Source: Trichosphaerium sp. ATCC 40318
Lineage: Eukaryota; Protista; Tubulinea
Assembly (NCBI GenBank): GCA_038496445.1
Contig: JALMLS010000113.1
Span: 1-36,148, forward strand
DNA: 36,148 bases
Direction: 5' to 3'
Below, piece after piece: positions 11,833 through 23,491 of this stretch. Made by a program: the position numbers and the translations under genes. The notes beneath the pieces were generated by a model. The model worked only from the letters and a program-made list of their open reading frames with translations. It did not search any database and was not told the origin of the DNA. How positions within the stretch are numbered: the first letter of the stretch is position 1; every line of letters starts with the position of its first letter.

Positions 11833-12691
11833 CTACCATCTATCTTCTCTCCAAGTTATTCCTAGCGCCTCAACAGCGTCTTTGGTGACACGAGTTGCGT
11901 TACATGCATAAATAGATTTAAGTGATTTTAAGTGCACTAAACAATCATTCGTAATGTTCTTGCAATTGTACAATTGAAGATGTTCAAGCTTGACAAGGTA
12001 CTTCATACCTGAGTCGTAATCTTATCACAATCCAGAGTTCAAGTTTTTTGAGATTGGTCACGTGCTTTAAACCCGCATCTGTGATGTCGTTACAGACATC
12101 CAAGCTCAAGTTTTTGATGTTTTTCAAAGGTACAAAATCATCGTCTAAGACATTTGTAGCAAATAGAAACTGCACATTGTCAACTTGTTCAAGCCATTCA
12201 TCAACCTCTAATCTGAGATCTTCTTTATCTTTTTCATGGATACAACCAGTAACACGGCAGTCATACATGGCTACAGTATGTACTGATTTTAGAGGCTCAA
12301 GCGACATCTCACCACTATTTGGATAGTACAAGTTAACTGAGTGAACTGGGGATGTCCGTTTACTAAAGCAAGAAGACCAGCCTTTGTAAATGTTACATAA
12401 CCTAGATTTATGGTGTGAACACCTTTAAGACAAGCCAAGTCATTTGTAGAAAGTTCTAATCCTGCGTCAAATTGTATAATTGTGTTTCTCAATAAAGGAC
12501 TGTCTTGGAGAAAAGCACAATCTGACGGTTGTTTCAACTTTAGCCAAAAGAAACCAATATTTTGCCTAATAATGTTGTTGAAGCGATGTGAAACAGCAAG
12601 CACGAATGAGGCACTTCGTAAGTAGTAGGCGCCGTAGAATAAGCGTTAGTATCTTGTTCGGTACTCGTTCAATAACTTCATCTTGTGACAT
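11833..12691 (-). pseudogene. Intronless F-box + leucine-rich-repeat gene with several frameshifts (pseudogene or consensus errors)
   Basis: F-box-like IERVPNKILTLILRRL...VSHRFNNII and AMN1/FBXL-type LRRs (LSLDVCNDITDAGLKHV, LQLYNCKNITNDCLVHL) are spread over different frames. Five single-base additions give a 287-aa ORF. Confidence 0.75.
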
Positions 12692-12856
12692 TACTATTTG
12701 TCGTTCTGTTGCCAGTTGTGTTGCTATGTAAATGTTGATTCTTTAAACGTAAAAATATTAATAACACGTGCAAAGAAAACCGGTTGTACCTTTAATCTAC
12801 TGTCTAACGCGTTGGTAGTGTCAACACAACAAGACAATTGCATTCAACGAAAATTC

Positions 12857-13153
12857 AATATTTATTAAATTTAGATTGCACACTCAGTTAACTGAGTTGA
12901 AAAAACTCCCGACGAGGGTCTCGATCCCTCGACCGTACGGTTAAGAGCCGTACGCTCTACCAACTGAGCTAGCCGGGACTTGTCGATGGGTTTGAGTAAC
13001 GTTTGTTGGGATTCTATAAAATCTAAACCTGTCAATAATTAGTTTTAGAGTAGTACGCACAAACACCATAAACGTTCCAGTAGTTTTCCAAAACGTACAC
13101 TTTATACATACGGTGCTACATTGAAAGTTGTTAATTATTGGCACATCAGAAAA
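12857..13153 (-). repeat. Left arm of a 297-bp inverted repeat containing tRNA-Lys
   Basis: Reverse complement of 15856-16152, with 3 mismatches found by eye. Confidence 0.95.
12906..12978 (-). tRNA. trnK-CUU: tRNA-Lys(CTT)
   Basis: 73 nt. Acceptor TCCCGGC/GTCGGGA + G73, D-arm GCTC/GAGC, anticodon arm TACGG-CT CTT AA-CCGTA, T-arm GAGGG-ATCGAGA-CCCTC, followed by a T6 Pol III terminator. Confidence 0.95.
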
Positions 13154-13968
13154 GCATGACACAACTTGCTGCTTTTCCTGTTTAACTTATTTTCTTGTTT
13201 AGGCGTATGTGTTACTTTTGTAGATGAATGTACCATGAGCCAAGTACTACAAATAGGAGCTACTTAACTTAGGTGACAACGTAAAGGCCATTACGAATGT
13301 GCAATTTTGTTTTTACATTGTGCTATAGTTCAAGAAGACTCTGGCTCTCGATTGAAAGTCTGGCGAATTACCCCTACTCCGCAACCCTGTGTCACAGGTA
13401 TGAATAAAATACCTACGCAACCCATACCAAGAGAAACTCAGTGATAGTAGTAGCTACCATTAAAAACACAACAAGTTACTTTGTCTTTTTAAAGCGAAGA
13501 TTTGAACAAACTTTTCATGCATGAATGAATATGTTATTGCACGTGTACAAACACCACAACGTCCCTTGAAAAACTTGTATTATTGTTGAGTACAATAAAT
13601 AGTCTTTGTTTTGTTATGAAAATACAGCCATATTTAGGCGGTTCATTTGGCATACTTCAAGGGAACGGAAGCAGGTACTAATCCTCTTTTTTTTTTCCCC
13701 AACAAATGTGGTTCAACACCTAATATAGAGCGAACTTGTAGTGAATTGGATGTTTCAAAACACGTTTAAATTGCTTAGCTTAAATTTGTAGTTCATTTTC
13801 TTTTGAAAGCAGACAAGAACTGATACAGATATGGTGCCAAACACGAACAACATTTTTTAGAGTAGACTCATAAGGATAAGGACTATGGCCCTTTTATTTA
13901 GCGCATCTCCGAACACAAGACTACAATTTGAAATGAAGGCTAATAATGAGTTTATTAAGATAACGAAC

Positions 13969-14521
13969 TTAACATTGTGGTAAGATAGTGACACCCTTGG
14001 TACATGGGTCGTAAGCTAGAATAGGAACAGGAGCATAGCTATTTAAAATCGTTAAAAGAAAACAACTGAAGGAAAGGTAAGTACCCAGAAGATCCAAAGT
14101 AGAAGCTAATAGTCATCGGCTGTGAGGCACACAGATACCCTTTGAGGTCAAAGTACAAGTCTCCACAAACGTTTGTTTGGGTGCCACGCGTAGATACCCA
14201 TTTACACGTTTGCGTTTGGCACCCAAGAGTGCAACGCAATTTGCTTGCTATGGATGAGTTAGAAATCTAATATTTTACTTGGAAAAAGTTGATTGTACCC
14301 TGTGGCGCCTGAATAGGACCCAAACTGTTGTTGCCTTTTACATCAACAGTAACTATTAAGTGTTCTTTCGTAATTAGTATCTTCAGGACAGTGCAGAAGT
14401 AGGCTGCATTGTAACGTGATACCAAGTTTTTAGGTCTCAATTCGTATCTTAGAAAGTGACAAGCACCTCCACCATATCCGGGCTGGGATGGGCTGATTTG
14501 TTGCTGTTCTCCGTATTGCAT
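13969..14521 (-). CDS. Small Cys-containing hypothetical protein (~150 aa, 3 exons)
   Basis: Two phase-compatible introns join MQYGEQQQ...GNNSLGPIQAPQ / ASKLRCTLGC...FYFGSSG / YAPVPILAYDPCTKGVTILPQC*. Confidence 0.7.
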
Positions 14522-15855
14522 GTTGATGAGTTGTTGTTGATGAGTATTTGAGTTACAAATGAAGATACCGAACATAGATTGTTAAGTTGTGTGTACTGGT
14601 AACTTTTCCTTTTAGTCTACCTTTGATGATTAGTTGACAGGCTGCTCGCTTTTATAGTCTTGGCAATACATTGAACAACACGTTGTATATAGTTTTAGGG
14701 AGCATTGTCTTTGGGTAGTATTTAGTTTTTGCTCGAATATTAGTAAAAGCTAATCTCCAAAAACGCTGTAGGAACAGTGTGCAGGTTTATTACTTCAAAT
14801 CCCTTTTTGTGTTAGAAATCACTTCAAGCGATAAGTGAAAACAATGTATACAATAAAAAATTTTCGCTACATGACAGTGAGATTGAATGATTACTAATAC
14901 TACGTTCCCAAAATTGTTTCTGGATTAGTTTTTTTTGGCTGTCACTATTCAATAAAGACCATTTTAAAGTAATAACAACTTTCCACTCTAACAAGAATAG
15001 AAATGTCATATGAAAACGTATTTTCTACGCACTAGGCGAGAGGTAAAGCTGTTATCTGTTCTTGAAGTTTTGACAACAGAAAACTAGAAAAATATGATGA
15101 CTGTCATTTTTCCGCTAATAGTACACGTGGGTGCATAAAGTTAGGCACTTGTTAGAAGACAGCAGAATATGATTTTTAAAGCCATACAAACTATTCTACA
15201 AGTCTTTCTAGGCGCACTAGTGCATACATGTACGATTCAAATGGAATTAAATGACGGCTGGCACCTAAGTCATCTGTTGTACTCGGTTTTAGGACATTGT
15301 TTCCCCAAGCAGTGGAATAAATACGTGGCTTGATATGAGATAAATGAGGTTGTGACTGCTATTTATTTATTGTCTGTGTCATTCAAGTTAGAAGGGTTTT
15401 TGCCTACTATTACAGTATCCTTACGCGGTGGTAAGAGAAAGTCATGTGTTTGCATCATGACTGTGCTGGCTAACTAAATAAATGTAAGTTACTAAATATG
15501 CGAAAAAACCAAGAAACGATACTGCTTCATTTATCTCATTTTTTAAGCAGGTTATTTTGGTCGCACCGTTGTTTTAATAACATCTCTATTTAGCCGACAA
15601 TTAACCGAAGAATTGCTATAACTGGTTAAGCCGAGACCTTGACCACGACCACATCTATGCATATATGTGTAATTTTTGATGGCAGGGAATCTGTTGTTCA
15701 CAGTTACTACGCTTTGAACTTTGTCACATTAGTTCATAAACTTACAGTGTTGGCGGCTTGTTTTGGCCATGGTAATATAAGATATCCGTTATTGTTCATT
15801 TGTGCGAACAAAAGCATGTTACTCAACATTTCATAGAGATTTTTATGGAGCGTTA

Positions 15856-16152
15856 TTTTCTGATGTGCCAATATTTAACAACTTTCAATGTAGCACCGTG
15901 TGTATAAAGTGTACGTTTTGGAAAACTACTGGAACGTTTATGGTGTTTGTGCGTACTACTCTAAAACTAATTATTGACAGGTTTAGATTTTATAGAATCC
16001 CAACAAACGTTACTCAAACCCATCGACAAGTCCCGGCTAGCTCAGTTGGTAGAGCGTACGGCTCTTAACCGTACGGTCGAGGGATCGAGACCCTCGTCGG
16101 GAGTTTTTTCAACTCAGTTAACTGAGTGTGCAATCTAAATTTGATAAATATT
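15856..16152 (+). repeat. Right arm of the 297-bp inverted repeat containing tRNA-Lys
   Basis: Reverse complement of 12857-13153. Confidence 0.95.
16031..16103 (+). tRNA. trnK-CUU: tRNA-Lys(CTT)
   Basis: Identical to the minus-strand copy. TTTTTT terminator at 16104-16109. Confidence 0.95.
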
Positions 16153-16320
16153 TAAATACAACTTAATTTCTCATGAAATAACTTAAAAAGTATATTAGTA
16201 TACTTACAAGTTATGTTTGTAGCTTGCTACGACGACTTTATCATTGGCTGTTGCATAACACAAGTAGCACTAAACTGCAGAATAACTTTTTGCTTTTTCT
16301 CTTATCAAACGATTCATAAA

Positions 16321-19300
16321 TTAATTTTGTGTAAATTCTATTAACAAACCACAAGTATCACTATTAGTTTCCACAGATGCCATGTGTCTTAATGTTTCAA
16401 GGTTCATTTTGCCACTGACAACTAAATTATTTTTGTTTTGATATCTCTTTATCAAATCATAAAAGCAAAAAGCCTCATCAACGTCAATGACCTAAATATA
16501 AGTCAATTAACTTTATACCTCAAAAAACGATTGAGCATTTGATTACCTGTTTAGCGGATACCTTAGATTGACATTTGATTACTGTTTGTTTTAAAAGTAA
16601 AAAAATTGGTGCTAAAACTTCAGTAACTGGTGCAACCATCAACGCTCTGTTAATATCACAACAAGTGTCATTCAAAAATTGCTATAAAAGAAACAATAAG
16701 TAATGTACTCAACAAAAAGCAGAACACTGCGCCAACAAAGGCGCTTGAGGTAAAAATATGGAAAAAGAAGGAAATTTGTTTCTCTAAGCTTCAATCAGCC
16801 TGCCATAGGAAGCTTTCAAGCAATCAACGTACATGTATTAATTCTTCCTTCATAGCACCTGAAATGAGCGAAACAAAACCCTGTAGATGTTATCAACAAA
16901 ACGAGATTTACGCAAAAAAAACAAGAAAAAAACAAGATTAACGTACTGAAAGCGCTTCACATGTCACATTAGATATGACATCTAACTTTGGTGTATAACT
17001 TTTAAGAAAACCCAAGCAGTATAAATACATGTGCAACTTATCTATAAGATTGCAAACAACGTCATTAAGTATTTTTACTTGACGCTCATCCAAAAACTCC
17101 GTCTTGCCATCAATATCTGCATCTATCGTAACAACAAGCATCGACTGTTGGAACACTTGAAAAACAAGTTGTAAGCTAGATATCAATTCTGTCTATACAA
17201 CACGCACCATTATGATATGATTTGCAGAATTGTTTTGCTTCACTCCTTACAATATTGAATCGAACTTTGTTCGATACATTTGTTCCAAATAACTTTAAGT
17301 TGTGATTTAACTGAAGAAATAGCTGGTATCTATCAAAGTTCCCACCTGGAACATGATGTAACGTATATTTTGTTTTAGAAGTATCTGCTGGACAACCAAG
17401 AGCATCACCGATTGGTGTCTATGAGAAAGTAAGCTAAGAAAGTTGCGAAAGAGTTTTGATTTAGTACCGGTATGAATAGGTCAGAAGTTGTTTGCATGAA
17501 CTTTCCAATAGCACTTCCATTTGTTTTCTTATTAGCTGTCACGACCACAGCGTACACCTAAAATATATAAGCACAAACACAAAGAGGGTAACCGTACAAT
17601 ATCACGAAAATCATCAGTTTTCTCAAGCAATGTTGAAACATACTTTGTTGTATTAAAAAGCCTATAAAACGTCAGCACATCAACATTGTGACAGTTCATT
17701 ATAATGTACCACTCTTCCACAATATACAATTTATAACCTTTTAATACTTCCCCTTCGGATTCAATATCTATTAATCCTTCTTTTGCATACTGACGGTATC
17801 TTCCTAAACGGAATCAGTTTATACTTTCAAAAAAAAATTAGAAAAAAATGTACTTGGTTCACAAATGACAATACGCTGCCCTTGTGCTATACCCCTATGC
17901 TTTAATTTATCTACAGTTAACTCTATTCATATAATTTAGAGTACATATGACAAAAGGAATATTAACACACCTTTAATAAACGTTGCAGCAAGGTCAAGAT
18001 TTGTAACATAATATCCAATCTCGCCTGAAAACAACTCATCAATTCCAAACTCTTGGACAAACGCAAGTAGTCTAAAATAAGCGTGTTATTAATACCAACA
18101 ACTATGGAAATGTGATATGAATACACATACGTTCTGAGTGACTGTATCTTCGCCTTTAAAGTGACATAAATCAAGATATCCAAAAAATCATCAGCGGAAA
18201 CGACTTCTTTTCCTGAGACTTGGCGTGCTTCTCTAATAATTTCTTTTGCGGCTTTTAGTACACACTCCCTATATGATCCGTTAGCTATATATTTTAATGT
18301 TACAACAAGTATAAATATGCGATAAAATGAGCTACATACAATATCTTCGTTGGCGTGTGACAAAATGTCATTCTTCTTAACTTTGATATTGCAGCCAGGT
18401 AAGGCGCATAGTCATCTGAACAAAACTCTTCTTTTATATCTAATTGAGCTTGCGTAATATCTGCGAATGACTGACACTTCTTAAGAAGTATAGTATCCTC
18501 TTCCTGGCACTCAACTTGCCTTGTACATTTGAAATACAACTTTGGATATAAATGTGATTCAAGACAAATCTAAACAACATTACAATCCGAAACTACGCTA
18601 TACTCAGTACCTTAAACTGCAGTTTCGTTATTCCTTTTGGTGGAGAACCCGTAAGACGTATTATATTTACACTTAAGACTTCAAGGAAGTCCTTGACCTT
18701 CATATCTGTAAAAGAGTCAACTTGGTTTTGAAAATAATAAAAGAGGATGTTTGCATTACCTGTGTACGGATAAGTTGTGAAAAACTTTGTCACGTGGAAA
18801 CCAACACCATCTGGTGTTTCGTCATTCAAATGCGTTTTAATAGCGCGTATTATCTCATCAGTGTGATTCAAAGCGTACTGCCTGAAAAGCAATTGTAAGT
18901 ACTTACAATGACTGATTTCTAATTAACGATATTCATGTACGTACACCTTTTGTACAATATTGGTACTTTGCATGCGCACCACATCTGGTGAGGGGTCTTC
19001 TAAAAATACAAAACCAAGCTTTTCAATATCAGAATCTAAGTTTGCACTAAGTACGATCAAAAACAAAAAAAAATTTGTTGACTTACCTTCATTTATAGCC
19101 ATTTGACGGTTCAAGTCATCAACACGCTTCTGATATGATTTGATACTTTCTTCAGAAAACACTCCAGCCATAAAGACTTCGACATAGTCATCGGGAACAT
19201 CAACACGTACTCTAGTTTTGAATATGTCAAATACCACGTGCTTGAAATAGTTTTATTTGACGTACAAGGCTTCAAGTCCTCGTATAGCGTCTTTAATACG

Positions 19301-19603
19301 TTTATTCTTTTCTAGTTCTAGTTTAATAAGCTCTTGAGTATGTTGGCGCTGCAAGGCATCGTGCAGTATCGCTTTGCGTCTATATTTGTTACAAGCGACA
19401 TAATTTTGAGGACATACTCAGCTGTACTAAGTCCAGAGGGTGTTGTCTGGCGAGGGGAGTTGATTCTGTCAATGTCTAGTTCTAGCGCTTTTATAATTTG
19501 TTGCCCGTTCAGTAGTAACATAATATAGCGTTAGTGATTATTTTGACATCGTTTTGTACTGATTAAATTCTTTTTTAGCATCTTGTACAGACAATCGCCT
19601 CAT
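16321..19603 (-). CDS. VPS9-domain (Rab5-family GEF) protein with a C-terminal STB6-like region (multi-exon; start could be 19521)
   Basis: VPS9 motifs PYLAAISKL...TP, SADDFLDILIYVTLKA and GEIGYYVTNLDLAATFI are spliced in frame to VICEP...LKGYKLYIVEEW...TPIG...HVPGGN...LNHNLKLFG and a final IKRYQNKNNLVVSGKMNLETLRHM. Confidence 0.8.
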
Positions 19604-19750
19604 TACCACTTGGAAACGCGCCTGGTTATCATTACACGCTAAGGCAATGGTCCTGTAGAGTTGCGAACAAGTAATGTGAACATAACGCGCGCTTAACGCA
19701 TTTTGTTAGCGCATGTAGCACGCCACGCTCAGGATAAATTACAAACACCA

Positions 19751-21904
19751 ATGTCCTTACAATTACAGTTTAACGTGGGTAAAAAGTTATGCATAGCAGA
19801 CATTGATGTTGACGAGCCAGGAAGTACAGAAACACTCCAAAAGTTCTTCCTAGACGAAGATGTGCCAGTTTACCTTCACAATTCAATTCTGTCGTCTGTT
19901 CATTCGCTACAACAAGAAGAGCGTAGATATCAAGTCGAAGAGTCTTGTGCTGGTATTTAAACTACAAGTAAAGTTTTTTGATTGTTTCTAAACGCCTATT
20001 CTACTTAGTGACATCTCAAATACAAATTGTTGAGCACGCTAGATTGTTGGCGCACTCATACCAACTTCATGACGCGAATTATGCCACTGTCGACCCCAAA
20101 CTCGAAGCAAAGGTACCTACGCCACTACCACACGCGCAATAGTTTATACAAGCATCGTATTTTATTTATTTGAAAACTGGTGCTTACTTTTCATCTACAG
20201 GCGGCATTTGCAGAAGCATACGCAGCGCTAATGAGCAATAAAGAAACTAGGCGCGTTTTATTGCAAGTTGAAGAGCAATACGCACTAGATATGCGTAAAT
20301 TAATTGATAAAGAGCGCGATTCTCTTGCTTGCCTTCAAGACAAGTACGTGTCATTTGCCCACATCTCATCGCTGTTAAAGTTATTTTGACGTTTGCGCTG
20401 ATGACGTTTTACGTCACGTGTCATCAAAGGCTTGTGAGGGTTTTATTGTTTGTTTGAAGGTGCCACCTTTTTTTGGCTAACTTTTTTCTAGTCAGCGTGT
20501 GGAAATGGAATCACTGATACAAACGCATTCTCCTCAAGATATTATTGCAGATGTTGTTGATAAGCACGTGTATGAAATGAATAATACGGAACAAACATGG
20601 AAAGTAGAGATATTACAAGCAAAGGAAAGACAAAAACTTGATTATCAAGAGTTTGTTTGTGGCATGTACAGAAACAGTGATAAAAAAGGTGCATTGAAAC
20701 CAAGTATGTATGCAGTAGTATTTACTTTATAAATCTAGAATTAAGTATCGCTGAGAATGTCAAAAAGGATCATCAAGCACAACTAAAGCAAGACAGGTAA
20801 TTTTGTTTGAATTTCTATTCTTGTCTTGTTTGGTAATTGTCTTACCTTTTTTCAAGCGCTGAGGCTGGTGATATGTCTCATGAAAGATACGAAACATTTA
20901 CTGTGTACTTGGGATCACAATTAAAGACACCTTATAATATTCAATTGGGTAATGGCAAGATTCAAAGATTTTGCGCGTCAAAAACTTCAAATGCTAAGCC
21001 AAGCGTTAAGAAACAAATTAAACTATACTCAACAGCATTATCTGGAGTTGTATTAATGGTAGATGAAAAACTTTCTTTCACTTCAGCTGCATCCAAAGGT
21101 ACTTTGAGATGAGAAAAAAAAATTATTAATTTCTTTGTTTATAGAATTTATGAGTGCGTGCAATAGCACTACAGAGTTTCACTTTGATGATGTTCAAGCT
21201 CAACTCGAAACCGCCAAAAAGAAAGCTGCTGGAGCAAAATTATGTACAGGTGCGGGAAGATAAAAGCTCTTGTTTTCTGAACATCAGTTTTTTTATTCTT
21301 TTCTTCTACTAAAAAAAATATCTAATTCCTTCCTTTAAAAGGCGATTTCGTGGTTACTAAGCATTCAAACTTATCCCATGTTCATGTTGTATTCCACATG
21401 GTGGTCGAGCAAGGCACCAGTACGTGTGACAAGTTTTTTACGCGTAGAAACGGAAAAATTTAAAGTATTCGATTTTTAGTTATCTTAAAACGCTACCATT
21501 CACTCCATATTCTAATGATTACTATAGCACGTTCAATGGATGGTATTCTAAGCGGTCTTCGTAACATTTTAAGCGTTGCTGCACAATACGATATTTGCAA
21601 GCTCACAATCCCTGTATTTTTTGTTCAACCCGAATTCAAGCATCTGTATTCTACACAAATCTTAATTTCACGAGCAGAAGAAACTATAAAATCGCTAAGA
21701 CAGTTTTTGATACAAAATTCTCGAATAGAGATACCACTAAGGACAATACAACTGATTCATCCAATGTATTCTAATCAATTTGAGCGTGTACGCGAGTTGT
21801 TAAAGACAACATTTAATAAAAATCCTGTAATGTACTCCATTGTTCTATTTAATGCGTTAACTACGTAACTCCAGCGTATTGAGGCGGTTTATGCAAAAAA
21901 CTGA
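19751..21904 (+). CDS. FERRY3: C12orf4 / FERRY3 (DUF2362) homolog (multi-exon)
   Basis: Family motifs FAEAYAALM, ETFTVYLGSQLK, LYSTALSGVVLMVD, TEFHFDD, GDFVVTKHSNLSHVHVVFH and GLRNILSVAAQYDICKLTIP, recognised from memory of the family. Confidence 0.85.
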
Positions 21905-22033
21905 ATGGTGTGACTTACCAGTTTTTGTGCCTAAACATCACAATACACAGGGTTCTACCTTTGATAAAGCTAACGCCGACGCACCATAGCGTTCATATCA
22001 AAACCAGATAACAAAAACGCCGTAAAACCCAAT

Positions 22034-23491
22034 ATGGCCAATAATCACGCAGTGGTCGTAGATCTCCTCGATAAAGAAGTGTCCGTAACCCGCCATTCAG
22101 CATCGGCGTAATACTTTTTTTGTAGGGCAGTTTGGTATGATGATCAAAAACGCTACTTCAGAGGCACTGTCACAGATTTTAACGAAAGAGAGAAAGCTTT
22201 TGAGTACGTAACAGCCCAGCAAAGAACTTTCTATAAAACTTGAATCTTGACGCCCATTGCGCTCATCTAGTGATAACAGTGTCCCACAATTATGTTCTTA
22301 ACAAAAACTGCTTTCATTGCTTGAAAAAAGATGCAAATGCACCATTTTGTTTTCTATGTATTCAACGCCGCTGTTGTAATTCAATTTGATCAGTATTCAC
22401 TATAAAACGTAATCGCGGTAAAACGTTACAATTTTCCCTCCAACTGAACCGCTTTACCCTTTAATATTCATACTGACTTCTTTATAGAGTGGAATTTAAC
22501 AATGGAGACAGCGAGCTTATTGTCTTCAAAGAAACCGATCATACAACGAGTGAAAGCAATACAGAGAGGTACAAAAAAAACCAAAGCCACCAAAATGAGA
22601 AAAATTAAAATATGGATAAAATTGCGTTTTGAAAAAAAAATTCCTGCTTTCACGACCTTCCAACGCGGCACGTGCAGCGTTCTACTCTGTGCCATAATTT
22701 TTGTATTTTAACTAGCCACGAGTTGAAAATTTACTGGATAATGTAGGTGGTGTTTCGTCACTGAACTCCCTCCAGAACGTCCAGGAGAATCTACAAATTC
22801 TGCAACTTCTGTTACAGAATCAGGAGAGCTTCCAAAATCAGCAGAGTCAGGTTCTTCACTAGCTATTACACAACCACCAATACCTACAGCAACAGGCCCA
22901 AAACCAACACCTGCAGCACCAGTGCCTGGGCGTATAGCTACAGTAACAGCACCAGCGCCTACACCAACACCTACACCTGCGCCAATACCTGTAGCTGTAG
23001 CGCCTAAACCGGAACAAGTTGCTACAGCACCAGCTGCGCAAACACCTACGCCAGCGACAGTGACAGCACCTGCACCTGCACCTGCACCAACACCTTCACC
23101 TGCACCTACAACAAATGCGCCTGTAGAGCAACCCAAGCCTTCAGAACCAGCGCCTTCTACAACATCTTCTTTTACACCAATTGCAGGTCCTACATCTACG
23201 AATACACCGGCGCCAGCACCAGCACCGACACCGGCACCTGCATCAGTACCTACGCCTATGACAGTAGATACACAGACGTCAGCGTACGATGATCAACCAA
23301 GGAAGAAACGAAAGGTTGAGGCTTTATTACAAGCAGCTAAAGAAGCTGAAGAGCTAGATAAAAATGTAGATAATAGCACAGCTCCACCACCAGCAAAGAA
23401 ACAAAAAATTGGTACACCTGACTCAGAAACACCAGAAAAGATGGAAACTGATGAAAACGGTACAAGTGCTGTTGCTGCAGTGGCGAATTAA
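22034..23491 (+). CDS. Tudor-like domain protein with a Pro/Ala/Thr-rich linker and NLS motifs (4 exons)
   Basis: Spliced N-terminus LLDKEVAVWYDDQKRYFRGTVTDFNEREKAFEVEFNNGDSELI resembles a Tudor fold. APAPTP low-complexity tract, then PRKKRKV (23297-23317) and PPAKKQK. Confidence 0.75.

Noticed and set aside
13203-13444. Possible 5'-truncated gene fragment (GVCVTFVDE..., faintly like a DEAD-box C-terminus) next to the left repeat arm
   Set aside because: The similarity is too short and the splicing too speculative to support.
12941-16068. Near-identical ORFs 12941-13162 (-) and 15802-16068 (+)
   Set aside because: They are by-products of the inverted repeat and run into the tRNA genes. There is no protein-like signal.
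12857-16152. DNA transposon with 297-bp TIRs
   Set aside because: No TSD outside the arms, no transposase inside, and the arms are tRNA loci. It is kept only as an inverted duplication.
22708-23136. Gly/Ala/Val-rich minus-strand ORF
   Set aside because: It is the antisense shadow of the Pro/Ala/Thr-rich exon.
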